64,000 bases of DNA, taken from the NCBI GenBank assembly GCA_964016885.1, contig OZ024741.1:309318001-309382000 (forward strand), given 5' to 3'. The notes under the pieces are model-generated. The model was given only the letters and a program-made list of their open reading frames with translations, was not told the origin of the DNA and made no database searches. Of the stretch, positions 11,796 to 32,400 are shown piece by piece. Origin of the DNA: Eledone cirrhosa. Lineage: Eukaryota. Position 1 is the stretch's first letter; each line of letters begins with the position of its first letter. The translations under genes and the position numbers were made by a program.

Positions 11796-12040
11796 AAACC
11801 GAATGATGCTCGGCTTCAGAGTTAAGAATAATGTAAATAAATTACAGAGGTAATTGAAATCAACAAAAATTAAATATATACATGCACGCATCCATACACA
11901 TGCATACGCGAAAATACCTGCCATGGGTATGCAAATACAAGCACGTACACAAAAATACGCACGCACATACAGAACCCACGCAACGCCTGTACTCGCACAC
12001 ATACGAACGTATACACCAAATACACATAAAAATATATATA

Positions 12041-12094
<54 letters not shown>

Positions 12095-13166
12095 CGTGTA
12101 TACATATGATTATATAGACGTATATAAATATACACACATAAATATGTATATAACGCGCGCACACACATACCAACTTGTAAATACACATATGTTCACTAAA
12201 CGTACGTCAACCAAAACAAAAAGTACACATATACACACACCCTACATACGTGTGAACCGGCATACTCACACAGACGCAAAACTCACGTATACACATAACC
12301 ATATGCGCATGTACCAGTATATATAATATAATATATACGCCTATAACATATACAAGCAAATCTACGTACGAGAAAGTATACGTACCTTCACAAAACATAC
12401 AAGTAATATATACTTACCTATACAAATAAGTAATGGTATAAACATAACATATACTTAGCTACCACATCAAGACGTAAATTATCCGCGTGTAGTTCGTACT
12501 ATCCGTTAGGGTATAATGTGGGGCTGTAATACAGGAAGGTTTTGTGCAATTTATGTTTACAAGCCGAAATTGCCTCAGATTTTTTGTTTAAGATGTGGTC
12601 TTTGGCGTAGAGTATTTCCAGGGTTTCAGCGGCCCAGAGGTCACATGGTCTTTTGTTTCCGTTATACGATCTAGCCAGATATAAGCTGAAAGTGACGTCA
12701 TATTTCTTCTTAAAGGGTTAAGAAAAGAATGGGTATGCATGTAAAGACGCTGCTTGAATCTATTGGCGGTTAACTCTATGTAGGCCCTACAGGACGTGGG
12801 TGTTTCAACCTTACATTTGTAGACAATGTTACTAGAGAGGTATTTCCCGGATAGGGGCAGTCAACCCGATTCCTACAATTTCAGTTAGTACTAGCTACAG
12901 GGTTGCATGTGTTCCTACGGCTAGGGAATTTAGCTAAATTTGAAGCTGTGATGTGATGTGCAAGGCTAGGAGTCGTAGAGTAAGACATTTTAATGGTATT
13001 TCTATTAAAAATTTTACTATATTTATGTGCTGGAGGGGGGGGGGGGGTTGATGCTTCATAATAAGGGAGAGAAAGATCTTAGCTAATGGTGTGGACACCT
13101 CCATATTATATGGTGGGTTATACCATATAATTATTATATATAATCTGCGTTCACAGATTGATTTTT

Positions 13167-13217
13167 AGTTTCAGAAGATGCCGTTAAGGGTGAAAGCAGC
13201 GATTCTTTGCTTAAACT
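13167..13217 (+). ncRNA. Variant type I hammerhead-like motif (CAGAAGA core)
   Basis: AGTTT/AAACT stem I. Same core as the 11233 and 39109 copies, with one stem II substitution. Confidence 0.5.
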
Positions 13218-13375
13218 TTAATCTGTTAATTTAATAAATATTTGATCTATGGTTCTTATATATTTTATATATATTTATTCTTATCGAGCCCTCTTTGGAT
13301 TTTAGTCTTCAAATTTATTATTATTACTATATATAAATATATATATATAATAATAATAATTATTATTATTATGAT

Positions 13376-13446
13376 ATAACGAAGGGAGTGTGGTAAGGAA
13401 CCAGGTGGACCATAACGCACCAGAGTACTCGATACTTTGGGTAGTA

Positions 13447-13447
<1 letters not shown>
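13376..13447 (+). mobile_element. Short terminal fragment of a (TA)n-associated repeat, probably a PLE 3' end
   Basis: GTGTGGTAAGGAACCAGGTGGACCATAACGCACCAGAGTACTCGATAC. Also at about 39020-39090(-), 54790-54875(-), 56180-56265(+) and 57018-57100(-), usually abutting (TA)n. Confidence 0.65.
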
Positions 13448-17915
<4,468 letters not shown>

Positions 17916-20900
17916 CGTTTCTGAATTTGTTTAGCAAGAGTCTTTATCTGAAAACGTCTGTTGATACCGATATTGTTATACTTGGGGAGGGTCATCTTGC
18001 CAATAAGAAACACACGCACCAGTTGCTTTCACTTAAATTTATTATAATAAACCCACAAATTTAGGAACTTATAAATTTCCGGCTGGCTGGTTGGTTCCAC
18101 AACCAGATGATTGTTTATATATTGTCAAAGTTCTTTCGTCCCACATTCTGTGACCTCTTCAGTGACTGGGGATTCTTTTCTTTGTTTTTGTGCCTCTCCT
18201 TTCTTCTGTCCTACGTCATCCTGTTTTTTGAGTGTGTGTTGTGTGCTTAGTTTGCGCATGTGTTACATCCGGGTGTCTGTGTCTGTTTATATTCGTTTAT
18301 TTATTTGTTTATTTACATGTTACTGGTTGTTTGTTTGTTCTCTGTGCGTGTGTGTTTTCATTTTGTCCTTAATTGTAAGTTGTGATGTTGCTGTTCCATT
18401 CATGTTTTCTATTTAATTTAGGTTGGAGTTCATTTATGTTTATTGCCTCTGTGATTTGTCTAAACATTGCGTCTTTTCTGTGTGTAGATTCTATTTTTAT
18501 TTCTATGTTCTCTAATTTACCCGTACGTTCTATTTTAGCATGTTGGTAGAGTACAGATGATTCTTTACTATCTTGAAGGTCTCGCCAGTGTTCATTTATC
18601 CGTTCCCCTATACTACGAGGTGTCTCACCTATGTACACTATATTTTTATCTCTACATTGTCCTTCAGTACATCTTATGCTATATACTACATTTCTAGTTT
18701 TACAATTAATATGGGGGCTTAATTTACAGATTATACATTTCTTATCTATACAGGGAGGTCTTTGAAAAGGGTATGTATTGCTAATAAGTGTTTTTATGGA
18801 GGTACCTGGTCTTTCTACTATCTTAATATTGAGTTTTTGTTTATCTAGGGCCCTTCTAAATTTGTAAGCTAATTCACCTCTAGGGGTTGTATCGATGAAC
18901 ATTACACTCTGGTATTTATTGCTATCATACCATGAGTTTATTCTATTAGCCTTATTCCTAGTTTTTTCTATTCTATTCCAAAATTTGCTCCTATACAAGG
19001 GGCAGGTCCCATTTGTGTCATTATTTACCATTTTTTCCCATTTGGTTCTGGCTCCTCTATATACTCTGATTTTATCTCTGTGATTGTAACGGGAGAACTG
19101 CATACGGTGGATGAAGTGTTGTATGTGTCTCTCTAGTTCTTCGGGGTTGCACATGCGGGACACGTTTCTCATCACCCGTACCAAATCCGCAATCAGTATG
19201 TTGATTTTGGTATGGTCCGAAACAGCTGAGTTTCGGTGGATCAGATATTTGGAAGTCATGGGTTTGGCATAATGGGAATGGAGGATTTGTTTTTTGTTAT
19301 TAATGGTATCTAACCAGAGCTCTGTGCCTAGTACAGGTAATCGATGGTTGGGGTGTTTGCTTGGGTAGTCTATAGTAACTCTAATACTCTGGTGGATGGA
19401 GTTAGCTATTTGCTGGATGCTTTCCATTGTGTTTTTCTCTAATTCCTGACTGTTCTCTAGTGGGGGTGCTTTTACTACGATGTTTATATGATCAACATAG
19501 CGGGAGTACATTATCAGGGTCAAGGGGTCTTCTAATTGTTCTTTAAGTTTAAGTCTACTGTCCCACCATACCACGAATAGGTTAGCTATGTCACCTGCAA
19601 TGCTAACACCAATGGCTGCTCCCTCCTCTTGGGCATATGTTTTTCCATTAAATTTGAACATATGTTCCTTAAGGGTTAATTTTATGCTGACCCCCACCGC
19701 ATGTGCAATCATTTTCTTTAGTTCATCGTGGTTTTCGGAGGTCCGTATGGCACTGCTCCACCCGTTCCATCTATCTGTGTGGGTTTTCTTGGCCATTGAG
19801 GTAATGGTAGGTGGTCTGCCTATTGCTGGTCTTGTAGGGCACAGGTTGCTAAGGCCATATGATAATTATTACTAGAGGTAATTTTAAGTAGTAGTCCCAG
19901 CTGACTGGTATCAATCCCACAGAATTCAACATTGCTCTCACTGATCATTTCTACGCATTTCTCCACAGCAAAATCCACGTCAATAGATGGATACAGGGAC
20001 ACAACATCCATACTACCTATTATGCAGTTTGTTAGGTCCCTAGATCGGTTACTCTCGCCGATTCTGCTGAGGAGGTCCTCCGTGCTGTCACATACATCAG
20101 GGGACATTTCAATGATGGGGCGTATGATCAGGGAGAGGAAGTAGGAAAGTCTGTAGTTACTAGCAATGTTAGCTCCACATACTGGCCGTGTTGGTGGTCC
20201 TGTGACAGGGTCACTGCTCGTTTTATGGTCTTTTCGAAGCCCATACAACGTTGACACGTCATTGTTCCAAGCCTGGAAGTTGTTGGCAGTCATTTTGTTG
20301 GGCTGCATTATATTTGTCTACATCATCATATGGGCATTGAGGGCTTTTTCCCTATCCTCATGCTCTTGTGGCGTTACTTCTCTTGTGTTAGTGATGTGGG
20401 GTTGCATTGCCTGGATGTAGTTTGGCAGACTGTCAACCGACATTCTGCCAGACTTGTCTGTTGGAAAGCATGCTATCTCTCCATTACTCGAGCGCTGCAT
20501 GAGCTTACGCAAGCCATTTGCAGATTTTTCTCCCAGTTGCTGGGCCTCCATTCTATTATGCTTCTTGCTATACTATTCTATAATATTTCTAAGTTTAGAT
20601 CTAGCTATACTAAATTGTGCTTCTGTCTGTTCATCGACCTGCGACGGCAATTGCGTGGTGTGGACTCGTCGCAGGTCGAACGACTTATCGGAAGGATTAT
20701 AAAAAGTAGAGTTCCAGGCTTCTGCTTTATGTGTACTAATGCTATTGTTATTGTTAGTTGTGTTGTTTCTATTTCTATTTCCACCAACAGCCTCGTGGTT
20801 GTTTCTATGTTTCTCATTATTACTCCTGTCTCTTTCCTCTGGCTCATTGTTATTATCTACTCTATTTTGTGTGACTGTGTGTTCGTCTTGGTTATTTTCT

Positions 20901-21570
20901 CTGTCCATAGTCTCCCTTCTCCTTTCAATCCTATTACCTTCCTTTATTTCTGTGCTACTGTCATTACATGTTTTCTGTGTCTGTGTGTTTGTTAACATTG
21001 GTGGTGCTGAGAGGCTTTGAATGTGTGCGTGTTGATGTTGTTGTTGTTGGTGTGTGCTGTTGTTGTTGTCTCCGTGTATGTTATTATTGTTGTGTGTGTT
21101 GTTATTGTTGTTTGTGTCTGCGCGTCTGTTGTTGTTTCTGAGTATGTTATTATTGTTGATGTGTGTGTTGTTATTGTTGTTTGTGTCTGTGTGTGCGTTG
21201 TATATGTGTGTGTGCGTGCGTGTGTGTGTGTGTGTGCATATGTTGTTACTTTTGTTTTTGTTTTTGAGGCTCCAACGTCATTTTGTAAATGATTTTTCTA
21301 TTTCTGACAAGCATTTAATCATATTTACCTTATTATATGTGGCATACTTAGGTGGTAGTTGTAATACTGATAATTCATCAGAGTCAACCGTAGTGTTACC
21401 GTATATATTTGTGTTGTTGTTGTTGAATTCATATGTTAATGAGATGTCGGCCATATTTATACCGTGAATTTTGTCGGGATATCTATTGATATTCTCTAAA
21501 GTATCTTGATTAGTTTTATCTGTTTGAGCCACTTTAGTTTCTTGTTAAAGTGCTTGTCATATTCTTGTCA
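17916..21570 (-). mobile_element. Near full-length, inactivated PLE family 2 (RT + GIY-YIG), probably Naiad-like
   Basis: Colinear ORF pieces 21532-18369 contain PTDKSG, LYGLRKDHK, PTRPV, GSMDVVSLYPSI, GAAIG, RYVDH, a C-x4-C-x2-C..C linker, NVVYSIRC..YIGET.RS..R.NEH and LN.K.EW. In-frame stops at 21278, 20573 and 20318 and a frameshift near 19860. Both ends lie in TA satellite. Clade assignment is from recall. Confidence 0.88.
18124..18166 (-). ncRNA. Minimal type I hammerhead-like motif in the PLE 3' UTR
   Basis: GTCA-CTGAAGA-G-GTCACA-GAATG-TGGGAC-GAAA-GAAC-TT-TGAC, about 200 nt past the ORF stop on the same strand. Confidence 0.6.
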
Positions 21571-23278
21571 AATATATATATATAATTATATATATATATA
21601 TATTTATATATATATAATTATATATATATATATAATTTATATATATATATAATTATATATATATATATAATTATATATATATATAATTATATATATATAT
21701 ATATAATTATATATATATATATATATAAATTATATATATATATATAAATTATATATATATATATAAATTATATATATATATAAATTATATATATATATAA
21801 ATTATATATATATATATATAAATTATATATATATATAAATTATATATATATATATAAATTATATATATATATAAATTATATATATATATAAATTATATAT
21901 ATATATAATTATATATATATATATATAATTATATATATATATATATAATTATATATGTATATATATATATAAATTATATATATATATGAATTATATATAT
22001 ATATATATAAATTTTATATATATTTAAATTATATATATATATAAATTATATATATATATATATAAATTATATATATATATATATAATTATATATATTTAT
22101 ATATATATAAATTATATATATATATATATATAAATTATATATATAAATTATATATATATATGAATTATATATATATATATAAATTATATATATATATAAA
22201 TTATATATAAAAAAATTATATATATATATAAATTATATATAAAAAAATTATATATATATATAAATTATATATATAAATTATATATAAATATAATTTATAT
22301 ATATATATATGAATTATATATAAATATAATTTATATATATATATATATAAATTATATATACATAATTTATATATATATATAATTTATATATATATATAAT
22401 TTATATATATATATATATTATATATATATAGAATATATATATATTATATATATATATAGATATATATATATATATATATATTATATATAAATTATATATA
22501 TATATATAAATTATATATATATATATAAATTATATATATATATATAAATTATATATATATAATTTATATCGACATATAATTTATATATATATAATTATAT
22601 ATTATATATATAAATTATATATATATATAAATTATATATATATATAAATTATATATATATATATAAATTATATATATATATAATTTATATATATATATAT
22701 AAATTATATATATATATAATTTATATATATATATATAAATTATATATATATAATTTATATATATATATATAATTTATATATATATATAATTTATATATAT
22801 ATATAATTTATATATATATATAATTTATATATATATATATAAATTATATATATATATATGAATTATATATATAATTTATATATATATATATAATTTATAT
22901 ATATATATAATTTATATATATATATAATTTATATATTTATATAATTTATATATATATATATAAATTATATATATATATATGAATTATTTATATAATTTAT
23001 ATATATATATATAAATTATATATATATAATTTATAAATATATATATTTATATATATATATATAATTTATATATATATACATAATTTTATATATATATAAA
23101 TTATATATATATAATTTATATATATATAAAAATTAGTATATATATATAAATTATATATATACATAATTTTTATATATATATAAATTATATATATAATAAT
23201 TTATATATATATATAAATTATATATATATTATATATATATATATTATATATATATACATAATTTAATATATATATATA
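21571..23278. repeat. (TA)n-AAATT satellite running into the gap
   Basis: TATATAAATT / TATAATTT units. Confidence 0.9.
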
Positions 23279-23479
23279 ANNNNNNNNNNNNNNNNNNNNN
23301 NNNNNNNNNNNNNNNNNNNNNNNNNNNNNNNNNNNNNNNNNNNNNNNNNNNNNNNNNNNNNNNNNNNNNNNNNNNNNNNNNNNNNNNNNNNNNNNNNNNN
23401 NNNNNNNNNNNNNNNNNNNNNNNNNNNNNNNNNNNNNNNNNNNNNNNNNNNNNNNNNNNNNNNNNNNNNNNNNNNNNNN
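23279..23479. other. Assembly gap
   Basis: Run of about 200 N. Confidence 0.99.
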
Positions 23480-26400
23480 CAAAAATACCAACCAACACCA
23501 ACTGTACCACCAACACCAACAGTACCAGCCAACAACCAACATTACCACCAACACCGAACAATACCACCAACACCAACATACACCAACACCACCAACACCT
23601 ACAGGTACCATCGCATCACGCAACAATACCACCAACACCAACAATACACCAACACCAAGACAAGTACCACCAACACCAACAGTACCACCAACACCCAACA
23701 CATACCACCAACACCATCAATACCAACCCAAGCACCAACAATACCACCTACACCAACATTACCACCAACACCAACAATACCACCAACACCAACAGATACC
23801 ACAGCCTCACTGGTCAACAGTACCACCAACACCACAGTACCAACAACACCAACAATACCACCAACACCAACAATACCACCAACACCAACATACCACCAAC
23901 ACCAACAATACCACCAACACCAACAGTACCACCAACACCAACAATACCACCAACACCAACAATACCACCAACACCAACAATACCACCAACACCCACAATA
24001 CCACCAACACCAACAGTACCACCAACACCAACAATACCACCAACACCAACAGTACCACCAACACCAACAATACCACCAACACCAACAATACCACCAACAC
24101 CAACAATACCACCAACACCAACAGTACCACCAACACCAACAATACCACCAACACCAACAATACCACCAACACCAACAATACCACCAACACCAACAATACC
24201 ACCAACACCAACAATACCACCAACACCACAATACCACCAACACCAACAATACCACCAACACCAACAATACCACCAACACCAACAATACCACCAACACCAA
24301 CAATACCACCAACACCAACAATACCACCAACACCAACAATACCACCAACACCAACAGTACCACCAACACCAACAATACCACCAACACCAACAATACCACC
24401 AACACCAACAATACCACCAACACCAACAATACCACCAACACCAACAATACCACCAACACCAACAATACCACCAACACCAACAATACCACCACACCAACAA
24501 TACCACCAACACCAACAATACCACCAACACCACACAACAGTACCACCAACACCAACAATACCACCAACACCAACAATACCACCAACACCAACAATACCAC
24601 CAACACCAACAATACCACCAACACCAACAGTACCACCAACACCAACAATACCACCAACACCAACAATACCACCAACACCAACAATACCACCAACACCAAC
24701 AGTACCACCAACACCAACAATACCACCAACACCAACAATACCACCAACACCAACAATACCACCAACACCAACAATACCACCAACACCAACAATACCACCA
24801 ACACCAACAGTACCACCAACACCAACAGTACCACCAACACCAACAATACCACCAACACCAACAATACCACCAACACCAACAATACCACCAACACCAACAA
24901 TACCACCAACACCAACAATACCACCAACACCAAACAATACCACCAACACCAACAATACCACCAACACCAACAATACCACCAACACCAACAATACCACCAA
25001 CACCAACAGTACCACCAACACCAACAATACCACCAACACCAACAGTAACCACCCAACACCAACAATACCACCAACACCAACAATACCACCAACACCAACA
25101 GTACCACCAACACCAACAATACCACCAACACCAACAATACCACCAACACCAACATACCACCCAACACCAACAATACCACCAACACCAACAGTACCACCAA
25201 CACCAACAATACCACCAACACCAACAATACCACCAACACCAACAATACCACCAACACCAACAATACCACCAACACCAACAATACCACCAACACCAACAGT
25301 ACCACCAACACCAACAATACCACCAACACCAACATACCACCAACACCAACAATACCACCAACACCAACAATACCACCAACACCAACAATACCACCAACAC
25401 CAACAATACCACCAACACCAACAATACCACCAACACCAACAGTACCACCAACACCAACAATACCACCAACACCAACAGTACCACCAACACCAACAATACC
25501 ACCAACACCAACAGTACCACCAACACCAACAATACCACCAACACCAACATACCACCAACACCAACAATACCACCAACACCAACAGTACCACCAACACCAA
25601 CAATACCACCAACACCAACAATACCACCAACACCAACAATACCACCAACACCAACATACCACCAACACCAACAATACCACCAACACCAACAGTACCACCA
25701 ACACCAACAATACCACCAACACCAACAGTACCACCAACACCAACAATACCACCAACACCAACAATACCACCAACACCAACAATACCACCAACACCAACAA
25801 GTACCACCAACACCAACAATACCACCAACACCAACAATACCACCAACACCAACAATACCACCAACACCAACAATACCACCAACACCAACAATACCACCAA
25901 CACCAACAGTACCACCAACACCAACAATACCACCAACACCAACAATACCACCAACACCAACAGTACCACCAACACCAACAATACCACCAACACCAACAAT
26001 ACCACCAACACCAACAATACCACCAACACCAACAGTACCACCAACACCAACAATACCACCAACACCAACAATACCACCAACACCAACAGTACCACCAACA
26101 CCAACAATACCACCAACACCAACAGTACCACCAACACCAACAGATACCACCAACACCAACAATACCACCAACACCAACAGTACCACCAACACCAACAGTA
26201 CCACCAACACCAACAGTACCACCAACACCAACAATACCACCAACACCAACAATACCACCAACACCAACAGTACCACCAACACCCAACAAGTACCACCAAC
26301 ACCAACAGTACCACCAACACCAACAATACCACCAACACCAAACAATACCACCAACACCAACAATACCACCAACACCAACAATACCACCAACACCAACAAG

Positions 26401-29400
26401 TACCACCAACACCAACAATACCACCAACACCAACAGTACCACCAACACCAACAATACCACCAACACCAACAATACCACCAACACCAACAGTACCACCAAC
26501 ACCAACAATACCACCAACACCAACAATACCACCAACACCAACAGTACCACCAACACCAACAATACCACCAACACCAACAAATACCACCAACACCAACAGT
26601 ACCACCAACACCAACAATACCACCAACACCAACAATACCACCAACACCAACAGTACCACCAACACCAACAATACCACCAACACCAACAATACCACCAACA
26701 CCAACAATACCACCAACACCAACAGTACCACCAACACCAACAATACCACCAACACCAACAATACCACCAACACCAACAATACCACCAACACCAACCAATA
26801 CCACCAACACCAACAATACCACCAACACCAACAATACCACCAACACCAACAGTACCACCAACAACACCACCAACAATACCACCAACACCAACAGTACCAC
26901 CAACACCAACAATACCACCCAACACCAACAATACCACCAACACCAACAATACCACCAACACCAACAGTACCACCAACACCAACAATACCACCAACACCAA
27001 CAATACCACCAACACCAACAGTACCACCAACACCAACAATACCACCAACACCAACAATACCACCAACACCAACAGTACCACCAACACCAACAATACCACC
27101 AACACCAACAGTACCACCAACACCAACAATACCACCAACACAACAATACCACCAACACCAACAATACCACCAACACCAACAATACCACCAACACCAACAA
27201 TACCACCAACACCAACAGTACCACCAACACCAACAATACCACCAACACCAACAGTACCACCAACACCAACAATACCACCAACACCAACAATACCACCAAC
27301 ACCAACAATACCACCAACACCAACAATACCACCAACACCAACAGTACCACCAACACCAACAGTACCACCAACACCAACAATACCACCAACACCAACAGTA
27401 CCACCAACACAACAATACCACCAACACCAACAATACCACCAACACCAACAATACCACCAACACCAACATACCACCAACACCAACAATACCACCAACACCA
27501 ACAGTACCACCAACACCAACAATACCACCAACACCAACAATACCACCAACACCAACAATACCACCAACACCAACAATACCACCAACACCAACAGTACCAC
27601 CAACACCAACCAATACCACCAACACCAACAGTACCACCAACACCAACAATACCACCAACACCAACAATACCACCAACACCAACAATACCACCAACACCAA
27701 CAATACCACCAACACCAACAGTACCACCAACACCAACAATACCACCAACACCAACAATACCACCAACACCAACAGTACCACCAACACCAACAATACCACC
27801 AACACCAACAATACCACCAACACCAACAATACCACCAACACCAACAATACCACCAACACCAAACAATACCACCAACACCAACAATACCACCAACACCAAC
27901 AATACCACCAACACCAACAATACCACCAACACCAACAATACCACCCAACACCAACAATACCACCAACACCAACAATACCACCAACACCAACAATACCACC
28001 AACACCAACAATACCACCAACACCAACAGTACCACCAACACCAACAATACCACCAACACCAACAATACCACCAACACCAAACAATACCACCAACACCAAC
28101 AATACCACCAACACCAACAGTACCACCAACACCAACAATACCACCAACACCAACAATACCACCAACACCAACAATACCACCAACACCAACAATACCACCA
28201 ACACCAACAGTACCACCAACACCAACAATACCACCAACACCAACAATACCACCAACACAAACAAACCACCAAACACCAACAATACCACCAACACCAACAA
28301 TACCACCAACACCAACAATACCACCAACACCAACAGTACCACCAACACCAACAATACCACCAACACCAACAGTACCACCAACACCAACAATACCACCAAC
28401 ACCAACAATACCACCAACACCAACAGTACCACCAACACCAACACCAACAATACCACCAACACCAACAATACCACCAACACCAACAATACCACCAACACCA
28501 ACAATACCACCAACACCAACAATACCACCAACACCAACAATACCACCAACACCAACAATACCACCAACACCAACAGTACCACCAACACCAACAATACCAC
28601 CAACACCAACAGTACCACCAACACCAACAATACCACCAACACCAACAATACCACCAACACCAACAGTACCACCAACACCAACAATACCACCAACACCAAC
28701 AGTACCACCAACACCAACAATACCACCAACACCAACAGTACCACCAACACCAACAATACCACCAACACCAACAGTACCACCAACACCAACAATACCACCA
28801 ACACCAACAATACCACCAACACCAACCAACAGTACCACCAACACCAACAATACCACCAACACAAACAATACCACCAACACCAACAATACCACCAACACCA
28901 CCAATACCACCAACACCAACAGTACCACCAACACCAACAATACCACCAACACCAACAATACCACCAACACCAACAGTACCACCAACACAAACAATACCAC
29001 CAACACCAACAATACCACCAACACCAACAGTACCACCAACACCAACAATACCACCAACACCAACAATACCACCAACACCAACAATACCACCAACACCAAC
29101 AGTACCACCAACACCAACAGTACCACCAACACCAACAATACCACCAACACCAACAATACCACCAACACCAACAGTACCACCAACACCAACAATACCACCA
29201 ACACCAACAGTACCACCAACACCAACAATACCACCAACACCAACAATACCACCAACACCAACAATACCACCAACACCAACATACCACCAACACCAACAAT
29301 ACCACCAACACCAACAATACCACCAACACCAACAGTACCACCAACACCAACAATACCACCAACACCAACAATACCACCAACACCAACAATACCACCAACA

Positions 29401-32400
29401 CCAACAGTACCACCAACACCAACAGTACCACCAACACAACAATACCACCAACACCAACAATACCACCAACACCAACAATACCACCAACACCAACAGTACC
29501 ACCAACACCAACAGTACCACCAACACCAACAATACCACCAACACCAACAGTACCACCAACACCAACAGTACCACCAACACCAACAATACCACCAACACCA
29601 ACAGTACCACCAACACCAACAATACCACCAACACCAACAATACCACCAACACCAACAATACCACCAACACCAACAATACCACCAACACCAACAGTACCAC
29701 CAACACCAACAATACCACCAACACCAACAGTACCACCAACACCAACAGTACCACCAACACCAACAATACCACCAACACCAACAGTACCACCAACACCAAC
29801 AATACCACCAACACCAACAGTACCACCAACACCAACAGTACCACCAACACCAACAATACCACCAACACCAACAGTACCACCAACACCAACAATACCACCA
29901 ACACCAACAGTACCACCAACACCAACAGTACCACCAACACCAACAATACCACCAACACCAACAATACCACCAACACCAACAGTACCACCAACACCAACAG
30001 TACCACCAACACCAACAATACCACCAACACCAACAGTACCACCAACACCAACAATACCACCAACACCAACAATACCACCAACACCAACAATACCACCAAC
30101 ACCAACAATACCACCAACACCAACAATACCACCAACACCAACAGTACCACCAACACCAACAATACCACCAACACCAACAATACCACCAACACCAACAATA
30201 CCACCAACACCAACAGTACCACCAACACCAACAATACCACCAACACCAACAATACCACCAACACCAACAGTACCACCAACACCAACAATACCACCAACAC
30301 CAACAGTACCACCAACACAACAATACCACCAACACCAACAATACCACCAACACCAACAATACCACCAACACCAACAATACCACCAACACCAACAATACCA
30401 CCAACACCAACAGTACCACCAACACCAACAGTACCACCAACAACAACAATACCACCAACACCAACAGTACCACCAACACCAACAATACCACCAACACCAA
30501 CAATACCACCAACACCAACAAGTACCACCAACACAACAATACCACCAACACCAACAGTACCACCAACACCAACAATACCACCAACACCAACAGTACCACC
30601 AACACCAACAATACCACCAACACCAACAGTACCGACCAACACCAACAATACCACCAACACCAACAATACCACCAACACCAACAGTACCACCAACACCAAC
30701 AGTACCACCAACACAACAGTACCACCAACACCAACAGTACCACCAACACCAACAATACCACCAACACCAACAGTACCACCAACACCAACAGTACCACCAA
30801 CACCAACACCAACAATACCACCAACACCAACAATACCACCAACACCAACAGTACCACCAACACCAACAGTACCACAACACCAACACCAACAATACCACCA
30901 ACACCAACAATACCACCAACACCAACAGTACCACCAACACCAACAGTACCACCAACACCAACACCAATACCACCAACACCAACAGTACCACCAACACCAA
31001 CAGTACCACCAACACCAACACCACAATACCACCAACACCAACAATACCACCAACACCAACAGTACCACCAACACCAACAGTACCACCACACCAACACCAA
31101 CAATACCACCAACACCAACAATACCACCAACACCAACAGTACCACCAACACCAACAGTACCACCAACACCAACACCAACAATACCACCAACACCAACAGT
31201 ACCACCAACACCAACAATACCACCAACACCAACAATACCACCAACACCAACAGTACCACCAACACCAACAGTACCACCAACAGCAACAGTACCACCAACA
31301 CCAACAGTACCACCAACACCAACAATACCACCAACACCAACAGTACCACCAACACCAACAGTACCACCAACACCAACACCAACATACCACCAACACCAAC
31401 AGTACCACCAACACCAACAATACCACCAACACCAACAGTACCTACCAACACCAACAGTACCACCAACACCAACACCAACAATACCACCAACACCAACAAT
31501 ACCACCAACACCAACAGTACCACCAACACCAACAATACCACCAACACCAACAATACCACCAACACCAACAATACCACCAACACCAACAATACCAACAACA
31601 CCAACAGTACCACCAACACCAACAATACCACCAACACCAACAATACCACCAACACCAACAGTACCACCAACACCAACAGTACCACCAACAGCAACAGTAC
31701 CACCAACACCAACAGTACCACCAACACCAACGGTACCACCAACACCAACAATACCACCAACACCAACAATACCACCAACACCAACAGTACCACCAACACC
31801 AACAGTACCACCCAACACCAACACCAACAATACCACCAACACCAACAATACCACCAACACCAACAATACCACCAACACCAACAATACCACCAACACCAAC
31901 AATACCACCAACACCAACAATACCAACAACACCAACAGTACCACCAACACCAACAGTACCACCAACAACAACAATACCACCAACACCAACAGTACCACCA
32001 ACACCAACAGTACCACCAACACCAACAATACCACCAACACCGAACAATACCACCAACACCAACAATACCACCAACACCACCAACACCAACAATACCACCA
32101 ACAACAACAATACCACCAACACGAACAATACATACCACCAACAACAACAATACCACCAACACGAACAATACCACCCAAACACCACCAATACCACAACACC
32201 ACCAACACCAACAATACCACCAACACCAACAATACCCACCAACACGAACAATACCCACCCAACACCAACAATACCAACCAACACCAACAATACACCAACA
32301 CCAACAGTACCACCACACCAACCACAACACCAACATACCACCAACACCAACAAGTACCACCAACACCAACAATACCACCAACACGAACAATACCACCAAC

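Larger units (their letters stand above)
11065..13270 (-). mobile_element. 5'-truncated PLE family 1: GIY-YIG relic, 3' UTR/pseudo-LTR and inverted pLTR copy
   Basis: 12506-13127(-) reads IWYNPPYNMEVSTPLAKIFL..NCRNRVDCP..NIVYKCKV..YIELTANRFKQR..LSAYIW..LNKKSE..CKHK. The segment at ~11190-11300(-) recurs inverted at ~13155-13270(+). Confidence 0.8.

Noticed and set aside
21278-21280. In-frame TGA in the Naiad-like PLE as selenocysteine
   Set aside because: It falls at a Leu-like position (K*RW), the other interruptions are TAG or frameshifts, linker cysteines are ordinary codons, and no SECIS was recognised.
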